From Eledone cirrhosa (lineage: Eukaryota), in NCBI GenBank assembly GCA_964016885.1, contig OZ024742.1, positions 46,934,001 through 46,998,000 on the forward strand: a DNA stretch of 64,000 nucleotides. Reading direction: 5' to 3'. Positions 42,516 to 55,347 of the stretch are shown here, piece after piece; within the stretch, counting starts at the first letter, position 1; every line of letters starts with the position of its first letter. The notes beneath the pieces were generated by a model, which ran no database searches, was not told the origin of the DNA, and saw only the letters and a program-made list of their open reading frames with translations. Made by a program: the position numbers and the translations under genes.

Positions 42516-42535
42516 TGGTGACCCCGACGTGATTC
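42516..42535 (+). promoter_or_regulatory. Primer binding site complementary to the tRNA-Trp 3' end
   Basis: TGGTGACCCCGACGTGATTC lies directly after the 5' LTR and matches the eukaryotic tRNA-Trp 3' end (...GAAUCACGUCGGGGUCACCA). Confidence 0.9.
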
Positions 42536-42886
42536 CAATACGCGGATACTAAAAAAAAAAAAATGTTTTCTTTGGTTTGAATCTAAACCTTTTCCAAAAA
42601 AAAAAACACTTAAATGCAAGCCTTCTAAAAAGGAAGAAGGAAAACAAGATGTCTAAACTCTGTTCGCTGTTTACACTGTGAACATTTTTCTTTCCTGATT
42701 TTCACCGCCATTTCCTCATGAAATTTTTTTAAATGGCCGACATTGTCCCGCCATTCTGCGTGTCTTCTTCCTTCTGCGGTTTTCCCGCGCACAGTGTATC
42801 TTCTTCAATCCCAGCAATCTGATTGGCTGCATCGTGCCACGTGACGGCGTCTTCACCAAAAGCATTTTTTTTCTCAACTGGCCATC

Positions 42887-43678
42887 ATGAATTGGCATAA
42901 TTTGCCGATATTTGCGGGCGATATTAAGCTCTGGTTTTCGCAGCTTGAATGCTATTTCGATTTAACCAAAACCAAAGAACAGCATAAACTGAAGGTACTA
43001 GTTAGTGGCTTGCCTGTGTCGTTGGCATATTCCGTGAAGGATGTGGTAACCAATTTAGTCGCAGACGTTACTTATGGCTCATTAAAACTAGAAATTCTTC
43101 GTAGGAATACTAGGTCTGTGGAGAGCCGTTTTCGGGAATTATTGGAGGATACACAGATGGGTGACAGAACGCCAGCCTTCTATTTGCGACATCTGCGTGA
43201 GCTGAGCGACTCCCAAGGAATTGATACATCCTTCATTTAACAGCTATTTTTCTCCTGTTTACCGCCAAGTGCGCAAATGGTCTTGGTCAATAATTTGGAG
43301 AGGGAGTCGTTAGATCAACTTGCCGCATCCGCGGATAGAATACTAGAGGTGGACTCTAACAGCAGTCGGCATAATCCTTGTGTGGCTTCTTCTTCTGTTC
43401 CCCCACGCAATTCTTCTGTGGCCGACAGCAAACTGTTGGAGATGATCGAAGCGCTCACCAAAAAAGTGGAGGATTTGACCGTACAACATAGAGAGCCTTC
43501 TCAACGTTTAAGGTACCGTTCGCCTCCGTCTGCTATTCCTCGAAACCGCTACGAGTACCGTTCGTCACAGTTCCTCGCCAACACTACACTTCAGGCAACA
43601 GTAATTCTTCGATTTGTTGGTATCATGTTAACTTTGGCAGTCGGGCGCAGCGCTGTCGGGCGCCTTGTAACTATATGA
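42887..43678 (+). pseudogene. gag: Gypsy gag (in-frame stop at ~43238 and a later frameshift)
   Basis: LPIF..IKLWFSQLECYF, MGDRTP..YLRHLR and LDQLAASADRILE. A CWYH..FG..A..C..PC knuckle lies in the shifted frame at ~43615-43670. Confidence 0.85.
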
Positions 43679-46600
43679 GTTCGGGAAAACGCCAATCAGA
43701 GCCACTAGGGGCGGCTAATGAACTCTGGGAAACTCGACCAAACCGTCATCTTTTTGTGTACGATCTGCAGTCAAAAAAATGTTTTCTTGTCGACACTGAC
43801 GCGTCACTAAGTATTTGGCCAGTCAGTTATCTAAAAAAACAACCCTTCTGTATCAAATATCAATTTACGAGCAGTCAACAACACGGCAATTCGAACGTAC
43901 GGGCAAATTTCGCTCCCTCTTCGGTTTAAAAATTTGCGTCGTAAATTGAAGTGGAAGTTTACTATCGCCGACTTGCCATACGCCATTTTGGGAGCGGATT
44001 TCCTCCACCATTTTTCCTTGTTTCTTGACATCCGCAGACAACGACTTTTTGATGCTAATACAGGCCTATCGTTCGAGGGTACAAAGCCGGAGATCGCCAG
44101 AGTAAGCCCTGCTTTTTTCTTGGCTGAAGTGGCAACCAGTATCACAGTTTGTTAAAATCATTCCCACAGCTGACGCAAGGAAGATTACGAATTGCTAGCC
44201 CGGATCATGTGATTGAACACTTTATATCCACTACAGGTCCACCTGTTTTCTCACGTCCTCGAAGATTGTCTGCAGAGAAGTTGAAAGCTGCACGTCTTGA
44301 ATTCGACCACATGCTGGAATTAGGAATAATTCGGCGTTCCACAAGTCCTTGGGCATCGCCTCTACATATGGTACTTAAATCTTCTGGTGATTGGAGACCG
44401 ACGGGTGACTACCGACGCTTAAACGCGATTACTGTGCCTGACCGTTATCCAATACCGCATTTGTAGGATTTTGCATTGTCATTGCAGGGTTGCAGAATCT
44501 TTTCTAAGCTTGATTTGATCCGCGCTTATAATCAAATTCCGGTTAAAAAGGAGGATATTCCAAAGACTGCTATTGCCACTCTTTTCGGATCATTCGAGTT
44601 CCTCATTATGCCTTTCGGACTTAGAAATGCTGCAAGTACCTTCCAACGATTCATGGATGATGTCACTCGTGGTCTCGATTTTGTTTATACGTATATCGAT
44701 GATGTACTGATTGCTAGTTCTTCTCCTGAACAACATTCCAAGCATCTGGATCTTGTATTTCGTCGTTTACAGAGATATAATGTTCGTATTAATGCTTCCA
44801 AGTGTGTTTTCGGCTCGACCTCACTAACATTTTTAGGCCATCTGATTTACGCCGATGGTATTCGACCTCTTCCTGAGAAGGTTAAGGCAGTATTGGATTT
44901 GCCTCCGCCAGGTTCACTGCGACAATTGCGTCAATTCTTAGGCCTTGTAAATTTTTATAGGCGATTCGTGCCTAATTGTTTCAACCTGCTGTTCTCGTTG
45001 ACAGACATTTTTAAAAATTGCCGGCGTAAGAATATGGACATTTCCTTAAATAAAACGCAGCTTGAGGATTTTAAAAAAGTGAAAAAGGCGTTAGCGAGCG
45101 CGTCTTTGCTCGCCCACCCAGTACCCAACGCCGAGCTATCGCTCTGCGTTGATGCGTCGGATACCGCCGTGGGCGCAGTCTTACAGCAGAAGTGTGAGGG
45201 GTTACAGCAACCACTCGAGTTCTTTTCGAGAAAGTTAAAGCCTGCCGAAACTCGCTATAGCACCTTTGGAAGGGAGCTATTAGCAATTTATTTATCAGTG
45301 AAACATTTTGTTCATGTACTAGAAGGTAGAACGTTCACTATTTTCACTGATCATAAACCTTTGACGTTTGCTCTTCGAACTAAAGCAGACAAATACTCGC
45401 CCAGAGAAACGAGACATCTGGACTTCATCTCAGAATTTACGAACGACATTCAACATATTCCGGGTTCTTTGAATACAGCGGCCGATGCGCTGTCTCGCCT
45501 GCCGATCGCATCGATTTCGTCTTCCGAGGAGATAGATTTACATCGAATGGCAGCTGCTCAACCCACTCTCGAATCGTTAGATGTTACATCGCCAGAGTTT
45601 GTACATTGCAAACTGAAATACATTCCGATCTCAACTGCTGACGGACAAATACTGTGTGACGTTTCGTTGGACTCACCACGACCTCTAGTCCCAGTGGAAC
45701 ATCGACGAACTGTGTTTCTCGCTTTACATGGCATTTCTCACCCAGGAGTATCAGCCTCAGTAAAACTCATAACAGCCAGATTTTTCTGGCCTGATATGAG
45801 ACGTGACATTGCTGCTTGGTGCCGTTCCTGTGTCGCTTGCCAAAAGTCAAAAGTTCATAAGCACGTTAAAACTCCTCTCGGAACTTTCACCTGTCCTGAT
45901 GCCAGATTTCATCACATTCATGTGGACATCGTCGGCCCGTGGCCGATTAGTCGTGGTTATTCGTATATTTTGACGATCGTTGACCGTTTTTCGCGTTGGC
46001 CTGAAGCCATCCCTATGACAGATATCACTGCCGAAACGACAGCGCGTACTCTCGTATCTGCATGGATCGCTCGTTTTGGAGTACCCACCACAATAACAAC
46101 AGACCGCGGTCGTCAATTTGAATCGAACCTCTTCCGTGAAATAACACAAATTATTGGCGCTACTCGCATAAGAACCACGGCATATCATCCAGCATCAAAC
46201 GGAATGGTGGAAAGATTTCACAGACAGCTTAAAGCCTCTTTAAGGGCTTCAATGGACTCTTCACGTTGGAGTGAGTACCTACCCATTGTGTTGTTAGGTA
46301 TTCGGTCGAAAATAAAGGTGGACCTTGGGTTCTCCCCGGCCGAATTGATTTATGGTACTCCTCTTGCGTTACCGGGACAAATGCTTGCTCCTGTTGATCT
46401 TGCTTCGCAGGATCCCGCTTCCTACGTGTCCCGGCTTCATTCTTACTTCCAGGATTTATCACCGATGGACACTAGGAAGCAAACTGTAAAAACTGCCGTC
46501 CCAAGGGAAATTGCCTTGTGGACACATGTGTTCGTTAGAGACGACGCCGTGAGACCCCCTCTTCAACGGCCGTACTCTGGACCCTATCGTGTGCTTGCTC

Positions 46601-46836
46601 GCACAGACAAACATTTCACACTGGACATTCGGGGTTCCAGGGAAACGGTTTCCGTTGATCGTCTCAAACGAGCAAACCTGGACAATGACACAATGACACT
46701 TGAAACTCAAATGCCACCTTCTTTTTCTTTGCCACATACGCCTATTTCTTCCCCCCCCCCCCACCATCAACATACAGAACTACGACCCGTTCTGGGCGAT
46801 GGGGGCATTGGCCCCGTAAGCTATGCAGTAATATAA
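43675..46836 (+). pseudogene. pol: Gypsy pol (protease, RT, RNase H, integrase), disrupted in its 5' part; 44476-46836 is open
   Basis: [87 protein letters not shown] and GPY. Confidence 0.95.
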
Positions 46837-47265
46837 ACTGAATTGTATTCTTTTCTTCTTCCAATTGTTTTTGCTGTATATTTCATTGTTGCTTTTTGAT
46901 TCATGACTGCCTACGGCAGTGTCAATATATGTTATTTTTCGTAACATTACGACTGTTGTCAATTCTGACAGTCCATTTTTTTAGTGCATTTTTATAGCTA
47001 TGCTACATATGGCATTTCCATTGCATAGCAAACATTTTTTTTTGTGTTTAACGCATTTGGGGCCCCTTTATTGCGAAGAGTGTTATCTTTTCATGCATTT
47101 TACATCTTTTGCTGTACATTTTTTCTGTGTTAATGCTTGAAGACATGAACCTATTTCTTTTTTTCATAATTTGTTGATACATGCTTCTACATTTTGTAAA
47201 CTACCTTTTTGGTCCTTCGCTTCATCGTTAACGATTTTTCGACACAAAATCTGCTCCGAGGTGAA

Positions 47266-47694
47266 TGTAGTGACTGAGATGGTCGCTTAGCAACTAGCAG
47301 TTGCCTCCCCTTAACAACTCTTCAGAGAGCGGAGGCAAGATACATCCGGTCACAGACGCGGACATGAACAGACGTGAAAGGATTCGCTCCTCAAAAAATA
47401 TTGACCATGCTGGCTTCGTGAGGGATTATGTGTAAATGCCCTCCTTCGCATCAAGGACGCCACGATATCTCGACTAATATGCACTCGATTATTCTTTCGT
47501 TGTTCCTGCACCGGAGAATATAATTACACTACTTCTATTAACCAACAAGGTATGTTTGAATTGATATTGTACATAATTTATTAAATGTCGCATTTAATAA
47601 AGGTTCGTTGATTTTTGACTGTTCACACCCATTCTGGAGTCATTTATTTCTACAAAGAGAAACGATGTATTGTCCATTCATCCACAATCATTCG
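47266..47694 (+). repeat. 3' LTR (about 10 nt shorter at its 3' end)
   Basis: Matches the 5' LTR up to ...caatcattcg; two mismatches were seen by eye. Confidence 0.93.
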
Positions 47695-47762
47695 ATTTTG
47701 GATTTTACTGCACTTGAATATTTTACAACTTGGATTGAGTATTTGTTTGAATTCCTTTGCTA

Positions 47763-47820
<58 letters not shown>

Positions 47821-48854
47821 TAGCAAAGGAATTCAAACAAATACTCAATGCAAGTTGTAAAATATTCAGGTGTAGTAAAATCCAATGAATTTAAACATTG
47901 AATTCTATAGCTGTGTATATGTGTGCTTCTATTTATATGTATAAATTTATATATACATATATATAGTAGGAGAACAATTGAAAGAGGATATGTCAACTTG
48001 TGTTATAAAAAGGTGCGTTAAAGCTCGGTGTATTATACATGTCAAATTCTTAACCCCAAAATCCAAAATCTGTGGGGTATTTTGCTGGTATTTGAAGACG
48101 TGGAAAATCACAGGGCTTCTTCTTCTTCTTCTTCTTCTTCTTCTTCTTCTTCTTCTTCTTCTTCTTCTTCTTCTTCTTCTTCTTCTTCTTCTTCTTCTTC
48201 TTCTTCTTCTTCTTCTTCTTCTCATGTCCCACCTCCTTCCCCGCTCGCTTATTCCAGAGAGGTTCGTGGTGTGCAGAGTCCTCAAACACTCCTTTCATTC
48301 GGTCTTGTCAGAAGCAACCGTCTCTAACTATTCCCACTGGATATAATAAATTAAGTGCTCTAATTAATTATATCGATAATATAAACATCTCTCGGAATCT
48401 CACCAGTCACTTGGTCCCATTATGTTATTATCCATAATATGATGACTATGGCTGAAGTGAAGCGACCGGCAAGGCCTGTAGTATATATGCCACTTGGTCA
48501 CAGATTGAGGCTTGAACAATCTCGGATTAATCAATTGGAATAAGGTGTAGGTTGTAAGACAGAAATATCGAGTGACTTTAAAATTCAACAATCATGATGT
48601 ATCCAAGGGTTCGCATCCTTGCACATGTGTAGAACTAGTCAAAGAAACAATTGTTCAGCGTATATATTGATTTAAACTGTTATTTGCTGAAAAAAATATG
48701 TCAAAACTTATATAATTTTTCAGACAATTAAAAAAGATTAAAAAAAAACCAACTTATTTTAAAACATACGGTAAAAATCGTGAGTGCATAAAAAACATTT
48801 ATTTAAGTAAATTCTATTTTATCATTACATCATGAATATTTGGCAGGTAATATT

Positions 48855-48926
48855 CAGTAAACATGATGAGTCTGTTTCCTAAAGAATCTACAACCATTCA
48901 TGAGACAGATTAAACGTCTCTAGCTG
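48855..48926 (+). ncRNA. Decayed hammerhead-like motif
   Basis: aUGAUGA-GUCUGUUUC...GAGACAGAU-uAAA-CGUC, with two core substitutions and a 9-bp stem II. It points toward the microsatellite at ~49075. Confidence 0.45.
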
Positions 48927-49084
48927 TATTTTATGAAATATTTCATTTCTATTGTTATGTTTCTATTGAGTTTTATTAATCAGTCTGCTTAATAAATATG
49001 TATGCATTCATTTAATTTTAGTATTGCAATTTGCAAAATACTGTCTTAAGAAATGTATTTTTTACACCTCTCAACACACACACA

Positions 49085-49214
<130 letters not shown>

Positions 49215-49357
49215 ATATATATATATATATATATATATATCTATATCTATATATATATATATATATCTATATCTATATATATATATATATCTATATATAT
49301 ATATATATCTATATATATCTATATATATATATATATATATATCTATATATATCTATA

Positions 49358-49432
<75 letters not shown>

Positions 49433-49445
49433 ATATATATATATA

Positions 49446-51395
49446 ACGAAGGAAATGTGGTAAGTAACCAGGTGGACCATTACGCACCAAAGTACTCAAT
49501 ACTTGAGGTAGTAGAGTGGGTAATAGGAACCAGTAAGACCCCGACAGCTGAGCTCAAGCCGTTTCGACGGCTAATTCTGGACTAAATGAAAATTTATCCT
49601 GGTATTTAAATAGCCGATCTTCTCAAGGGGTAATTCCATATATGGTCAAAGTGATTGTCAAAAATCAGTAGTAATTCTGTGGTTGCAAATTAGTAGGGGA
49701 GATGGTGGCTAAACCTGCCAGTAGGAGAAAGAGGGGAGGGGGTGGAGTAGACCCAATCAAGCGTTGGTAGTGCCAGCTACAGCTGGGCATGAAGTCAAAG
49801 AAGATACAGGGGAGGGGGAGGGGAGGAAGTCGGAACGGTAGGTGCAACAATGGGGGGGTAGAAATATATAGGAAAGAAAAAATACTGAGAGTGAAGAAAA
49901 GTGTAAAGAAAAAAGTAAAGTAAATTCTACGACCTAGGTCTCTAGCTATTGTTAGGCTAGAATAAATAAATAAATAAATAAAGAAAGAAGTAAAGAAGGA
50001 AATAAAGAAATAACGAAATAAGTAAAAGAACTAGGTGGGACGGATTAGGCAAGGACCCTTTTAAGAGGTATAAGTACGTAAATGATACGGTGACGGGTCA
50101 ACAAAAGGGGCCAAAATACTAAAGAGACTACCACGAAATAAACAATAAAGGTTTCCATCCCGGGCACAATGCCAGCAACCACCCAGTGCAGCAAAGTGAA
50201 CTAGTACGAGATAATAATTCTGAGTCCCGAGAAAAATATATACTAATGCTAACTCTAAAAGATCTAAAACAAGCTACATGAAAGTTCGTACGAAGTAAAG
50301 GTAGAATACGGAAAAATAAATTCAGAATCCACCCCGCCCAAAAGAAAAGCGAAGAAAGAAATACTGAAACGAAAAAATAAGGCATAAGTGCCACTAAGAA
50401 AAATATAGAGGGCACAGAGAATAGTGGGAGCGGTCGGAAAAAGGGGACAAGTATCCGGGGTCTAAACCAACTGCTATAAAGGGCGGAGTCCGCCAAATCT
50501 ATCATAGACTAGGGGAGGGGGTGGGGGTACTAAGGCTACAAGGGGCCAAAGGGCAGCCTCGGGTGGGCGAGAAAAGACGCCGACAAGGGAGAAGAGCTGG
50601 CGTAGAAGGACTAAGGAGAGAGGGGGGAAGGAAATAAAGGAAGCGATAAAAGAATACAAAGAAGATCTTACGTCTCCCTTGGCAAGCAGGGGTTACCCAT
50701 TGCAAAATCGGCAAGTGGGGTGTTATAGCCCTAGTCTACCCCCCCCCCCCACCCGGGTCATTATGGGGTTTGAGGGCGAGGTAAGTCCTACGCAATCTAT
50801 GTTTACATGCAGTAACCAGTTCATCTTTCTTGTTTAGGAGTTGGTCCGTCGAAAACAGCATTTGTAAAGTTTCCTCCGAGCATAAATTGCACGGACGGCG
50901 TCCTCCCGTGTAAGAATTGGCTCTGGACAGTAATCTCCAAGTGAGATCATAGGTGATGTTGTTGTCCTTGAGGTCCCATATGTGGCCCGAAAGTGTAGTG
51001 GCGTGACGCCGGGCCGGGTTTCGGAAGGTATGTCTATGTTGGTATAGCCGGGTCTTGAAGTCACATGCGGTAAGTCCTATATAGGCTTTGTTGGAGGTAT
51101 CCGTCCTCACGTTGCACTGGTAGATCACATTACGGTCTCTGCATCTATTGTCGAGTGGGCAAATGGATCTATCCGGGCAGTTACACCTCCTGGTCGGTTC
51201 TCCACTGCTATTTAGGTTATTTCTGCCATCGGGGTTGAGTTTTTTGTTGTTAGAGGAGACGATGTTTTGTGCGAAGTTTGGTGTAGTGCTGTAAGAGAGT
51301 TTGATGGTATTTTTGTTAATTATGTTGTGGTAGCGGTGTTGTAATGGGAAGTGTTTTTCAATGAGCCTAAAGAATAGTTTCCCGATGGGAAACTG
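49446..51395 (-). mobile_element. Penelope-like element family B, 5'-truncated (RT C-terminus, GIY-YIG, 3' region)
   Basis: KLSYSTTPN, CNC..ICPLDNRC, NVIYQC..AYIGLT..FKTRLYQH and CNLCSEE..LLNKKDELVTACKH (ORF 50736-51128 and upstream). The 3' end is at (TA)n. Confidence 0.9.
49538..49631 (-). ncRNA. Full type I hammerhead with U3-A8 core (UUGAGAA) and GUC cleavage triplet
   Basis: ACCCC-UUGAGAA-GAuCGGCUA[internal hairpin GGAUAAAU uuuc AUUUAgUCC]UAGCCGUC-GAA-ACGGCU ugagcuc AGCUGU-C-GGGGU. Confidence 0.85.
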
Positions 51396-54300
51396 ACGTA
51401 AAACTACCGGAAGAATTTACCAATGACCACACAGTAAATATCTATGGGAACACTTTAATCAGTAAACAGGAACAAAAAATCCTAAGGTTACCACCAAAAT
51501 TTGCCATCTACAAAAAGATTAACCCTATGGAATGCAAAACGGAGCTGGAAAAGTGTTTCACAAAAATACGTTGGAATGCAAAGGTAAACAACAACAACAA
51601 TAATAACAGTAGTAGTAATATAAACAATAACTCTGGGTATAGAAATAACAGCCATAACAATAACAATGGCAGGAAAGTGAGAAATAGTGATAATGGCAAT
51701 AATACTAGCGATAGACGGAACAACAACCACCATGATAATAATAATAGAAACGTTAACCACAGACACAGCAACAGTGACCACAGTAGTAATAACGGTAACA
51801 ATACGAACAACAACAACAGTGGTAATAATGGAAATAGTACATGTAGCAACATCAACAAAAACGAGAAACATAATAATAGTAACAACCACAATGGTAGAAA
51901 TAACAGTAACAACAACAACAATAACGGTGAAGTAAACAACAATACATCTAGCAATCATAACAATAATAATAATGCTAATGATAGAAACTACAACAACCAC
52001 CATGATAACAATAATAGCAACGCACACAACTATGACGATAGATATAACGACAACCCCTTAGAGAAACTATTTTTCAACCCAGCTGACAAAACATATAAGA
52101 TGGGTAATATCTATCCTACGAGGTTACCCTTTAATCAAAGAGTTTGCATACCACAGCAAATAGATGACGAGACGGAGGCACAGTTCACCATAGCTAGAAA
52201 TAAGATTAGACAAGTAGTAGACAGGTATACGATGAGACAGAGCAGACCAGAGGCCCAACAACTTGGGAGAAAACCTGTAGAAGGCATGGTTAGCCTCAAG
52301 CAGCGCACAAGGGATGGTGAGGTAGTGTGTCTACCCACAGATAAGTCTGGTAGGATGTCAATAGATAGCATGCCGAACTACATCGAGGCTATGCAACCCC
52401 ACATCACCAACACGAGCGAAGTTGCACAACAAACACACGATGGGAGAGAAAAAATCCTCAACGCTCACATGATGATGTGGACTGACATCCTAAAGCCAAG
52501 CAGACGCACTGCCAACAACTTCCAGGCGTCTAACAATGGCATACCACCCTTATATGGGCTCCGCAAAGACCACAAGACAGTCGGCGACCCGACAACAGGA
52601 CCACCAACAAGACCCGTATGCGGAGCTAATTTAGCTAGCAACTACAGGATCTCCTACTTCCTCTCAATGGTTATACGCCCCATAATACAGATGTCCCCAG
52701 ATGTATGTGAAAGTACAGAGGACCTCCTCAGCAGAATCAGTGAGTGCAACAAAAACAGGAGCCTATCCAACTGCATAATAGGCAGCATGGATGTGGTGTC
52801 ACTGTACCCATCCATTAACATTGATTTTGCTGTGGAAAGATGTGTGGAGATGATCATTGAGAGTGAGGTGGAGTTCTGCGACGTCGACACAGACGAACTG
52901 GGCCTCCTACTTAGACTTACCTACGACACTGACTACCTAGACAGCCATGACCTTAGATGTTTCTGCCCTAGTAGACCTATAAGAGGTAGACCCCCCACCA
53001 TAACCTCAATGGCTAAAAAGACTCCCATAGGAAGGTGGATTGGGTGGACCAAAGCTATATGGACCCCCCAAAAACACTGATCAGGTAAGAAAAATGGTCG
53101 CACATGCAATAGCGGCTAGTATCAAAACTACCCTAAAGGGCCACATATTTAAGTTCAATGAGAAAATCTACACCCAAAATGAGGGAGCAGCCATCGGCGT
53201 CAGCATAGCTGGTGATGTTGCCAACCTTTTCATGGTATGGTGGGATAGGAGACTTAAAGATCTCCTTAATGAAAGCTCCATAGACCTCATCATGTACTCT
53301 CGTTATGTAGACGATATCAATATAGTTATAAGAACACCCCCACTAGAGAGCACTAACAAGTTTGATTTAGAACGTAGCACGATGGAAAGCATCAAGCAGA
53401 TAGCTAATTCCATACACTAGAGTATAACTGTAACTATCGACTTCCCTTCCAAACACCCTAACAATAGACTACCTTTATTAGACACAAAACTCTGGATTAA
53501 CACTATAGACGAGAGAGCCCAAATTCTCCACTCACACCCATTAATACTATAGACGAGAGAGCCCAAATTCTCCATTAAACCCATGGCCTCCAAATACCTG
53601 ATACTCAAAAACTCAGCAATGTCCAGTAGTGCTAAGTTTAATATTCTGATTGCAGATTTGGTACGATTGATGAAGAATGTGTCCAGCATGTGCGACCCAA
53701 CAGAAATGGAAAGACACATCCAACACTTCATCAACCGCATGCAGTTCTTTGGCTACAACCAAAGAGACAGTGTCAGAGTATACGAAGGAGCCATGGAAAA
53801 GTATAAGACCCTCATAGAACTGGACATGAAAGGAATTTGCCCACTATACAGGAGCAAATCATGGAATAGCTTAGATAGGGCTAGACATAAGATAGGGAAG
53901 GCCACATCATGGTACGACAACCAGAGATATCAGAGTGTCATGTTTGTGGACGCCACCCCTGGAGGGAAATTAGCTAACCAGTGTAGAAAGGCCCTGAGAA
54001 AGACCCACTTAAAAATAAAGGTGGTAGAAAAGCCAGGAACCACCATAAAATCTCTGATCAGCAAAACCTACCCTTTTAAGAAAACCCACTGTACCAATGG
54101 GAAATGTATCATATGTAAGGTGAACCCCCGGATAAACTGTAAAACTAGAAACGTAGTCTATAGCATAAGATGTACAGAGGGTACTTGCAGAAACATGACA
54201 ACAACATACATAGGTGAGACAGCTCGTAGAATAGGTGAAAGGATAGACCAACACTGGGGGGAACTAAGAGGACGAAAAAACGGGTCAGTACTATACGAAC

Positions 54301-55020
54301 ATGCTAGACAACAACATGGCGGTAACATAGACAACATAGAAATTAGAATAATATCTAAACATAGGAATGACCCAGCAGATAGGCAAATCAGAGAGGCCAG
54401 TGAAATAGAAATTAGAAGACCAAAGCTAAACAGAAAGAATGAGTGGAACAACAACAACACCCAAACAAACAACACTGACCTAAGAGAAGTATAAATAAGT
54501 AAATAAAATAAAATAAAGTAAGATAAATAAATACATACACAAGCACAATAAGCACATAAACACACACTAGTCACCCAGCAGACACAACACTATACACACT
54601 AGTCACACAGCACACATAACACTATACACACACGCAAACGCATGCGCAAAGAAGACAAAATAAAATAAGATAAACAAACAAGCAAATAAATAAATAAATA
54701 TATAGACAGACTGAATAAAAAAAAATGGCGTAGACATACAACACAACAGGAGGAACAAAGAATATAACACCACTGACGATGTTGCAGATGTGCAACGAAA
54801 GATTTATATAAATTATGTAAACTATATATATGTGTTTGTGTCTATATTGTATCTGTATTATTTTTGACCGTCGGTCAGTCAATGGCAACATTGAGGACCG
54901 AGTAAGTTAGATCGCAGATATAAAAGACAGCGAGAAGCGAAAACCAACCAAACAGTGAGTGTGTTCTGTTATTAATTCTGGCAATATTACGCAAATATGA
55001 CCCTCCCCAAGTATAACAAT
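51396..55020 (+). mobile_element. Penelope-like element related to family A, near full length (two frame disruptions)
   Basis: ORFs 51527-53080, 53040-53420 and 53583-54494 carry TDKSGR, PLYGLRKDHK, DVVSLYPSI, GAAIG, RYVDDI and NVVYSIRC..YIGET..RIGERIDQH..RQIREA..LNRK. The pLTR has an HHR and ends cccaagtataacaat-(TA)n like family A. Confidence 0.95.
54773..54806 (+). ncRNA. Hammerhead core in PLE pLTR (stem I unclear)
   Basis: CUGACGA-U-GUUGCA gaug UGCAAC-GAAA-GAUU-UA. Confidence 0.65.
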
Positions 55021-55029
55021 ATATATATA

Positions 55030-55116
<87 letters not shown>

Positions 55117-55125
55117 ATATATATA

Positions 55126-55200
<75 letters not shown>

Positions 55201-55219
55201 ATATATATATATATATATC

Positions 55220-55252
<33 letters not shown>

Positions 55253-55347
55253 GTCTATATATCTATATATATGTCTATATATCTATATATATATATATAT
55301 ATATATATCTATATATCTATATATCTATATATATATATATATATATA

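Larger units (their letters stand above)
42077..47694 (+). mobile_element. Ty3/Gypsy LTR retrotransposon
   Basis: Two LTRs, a PBS and the domain order gag, PR-RT-RH-IN. Confidence 0.97.

Noticed and set aside
51488-52027. Hydrophobic V/I/L-rich minus-strand ORFs resembling membrane proteins
   Set aside because: They are the antisense shadow of the AAC/AAT-rich Asn tract of the PLE ORF; the same applies to 21105-21755.
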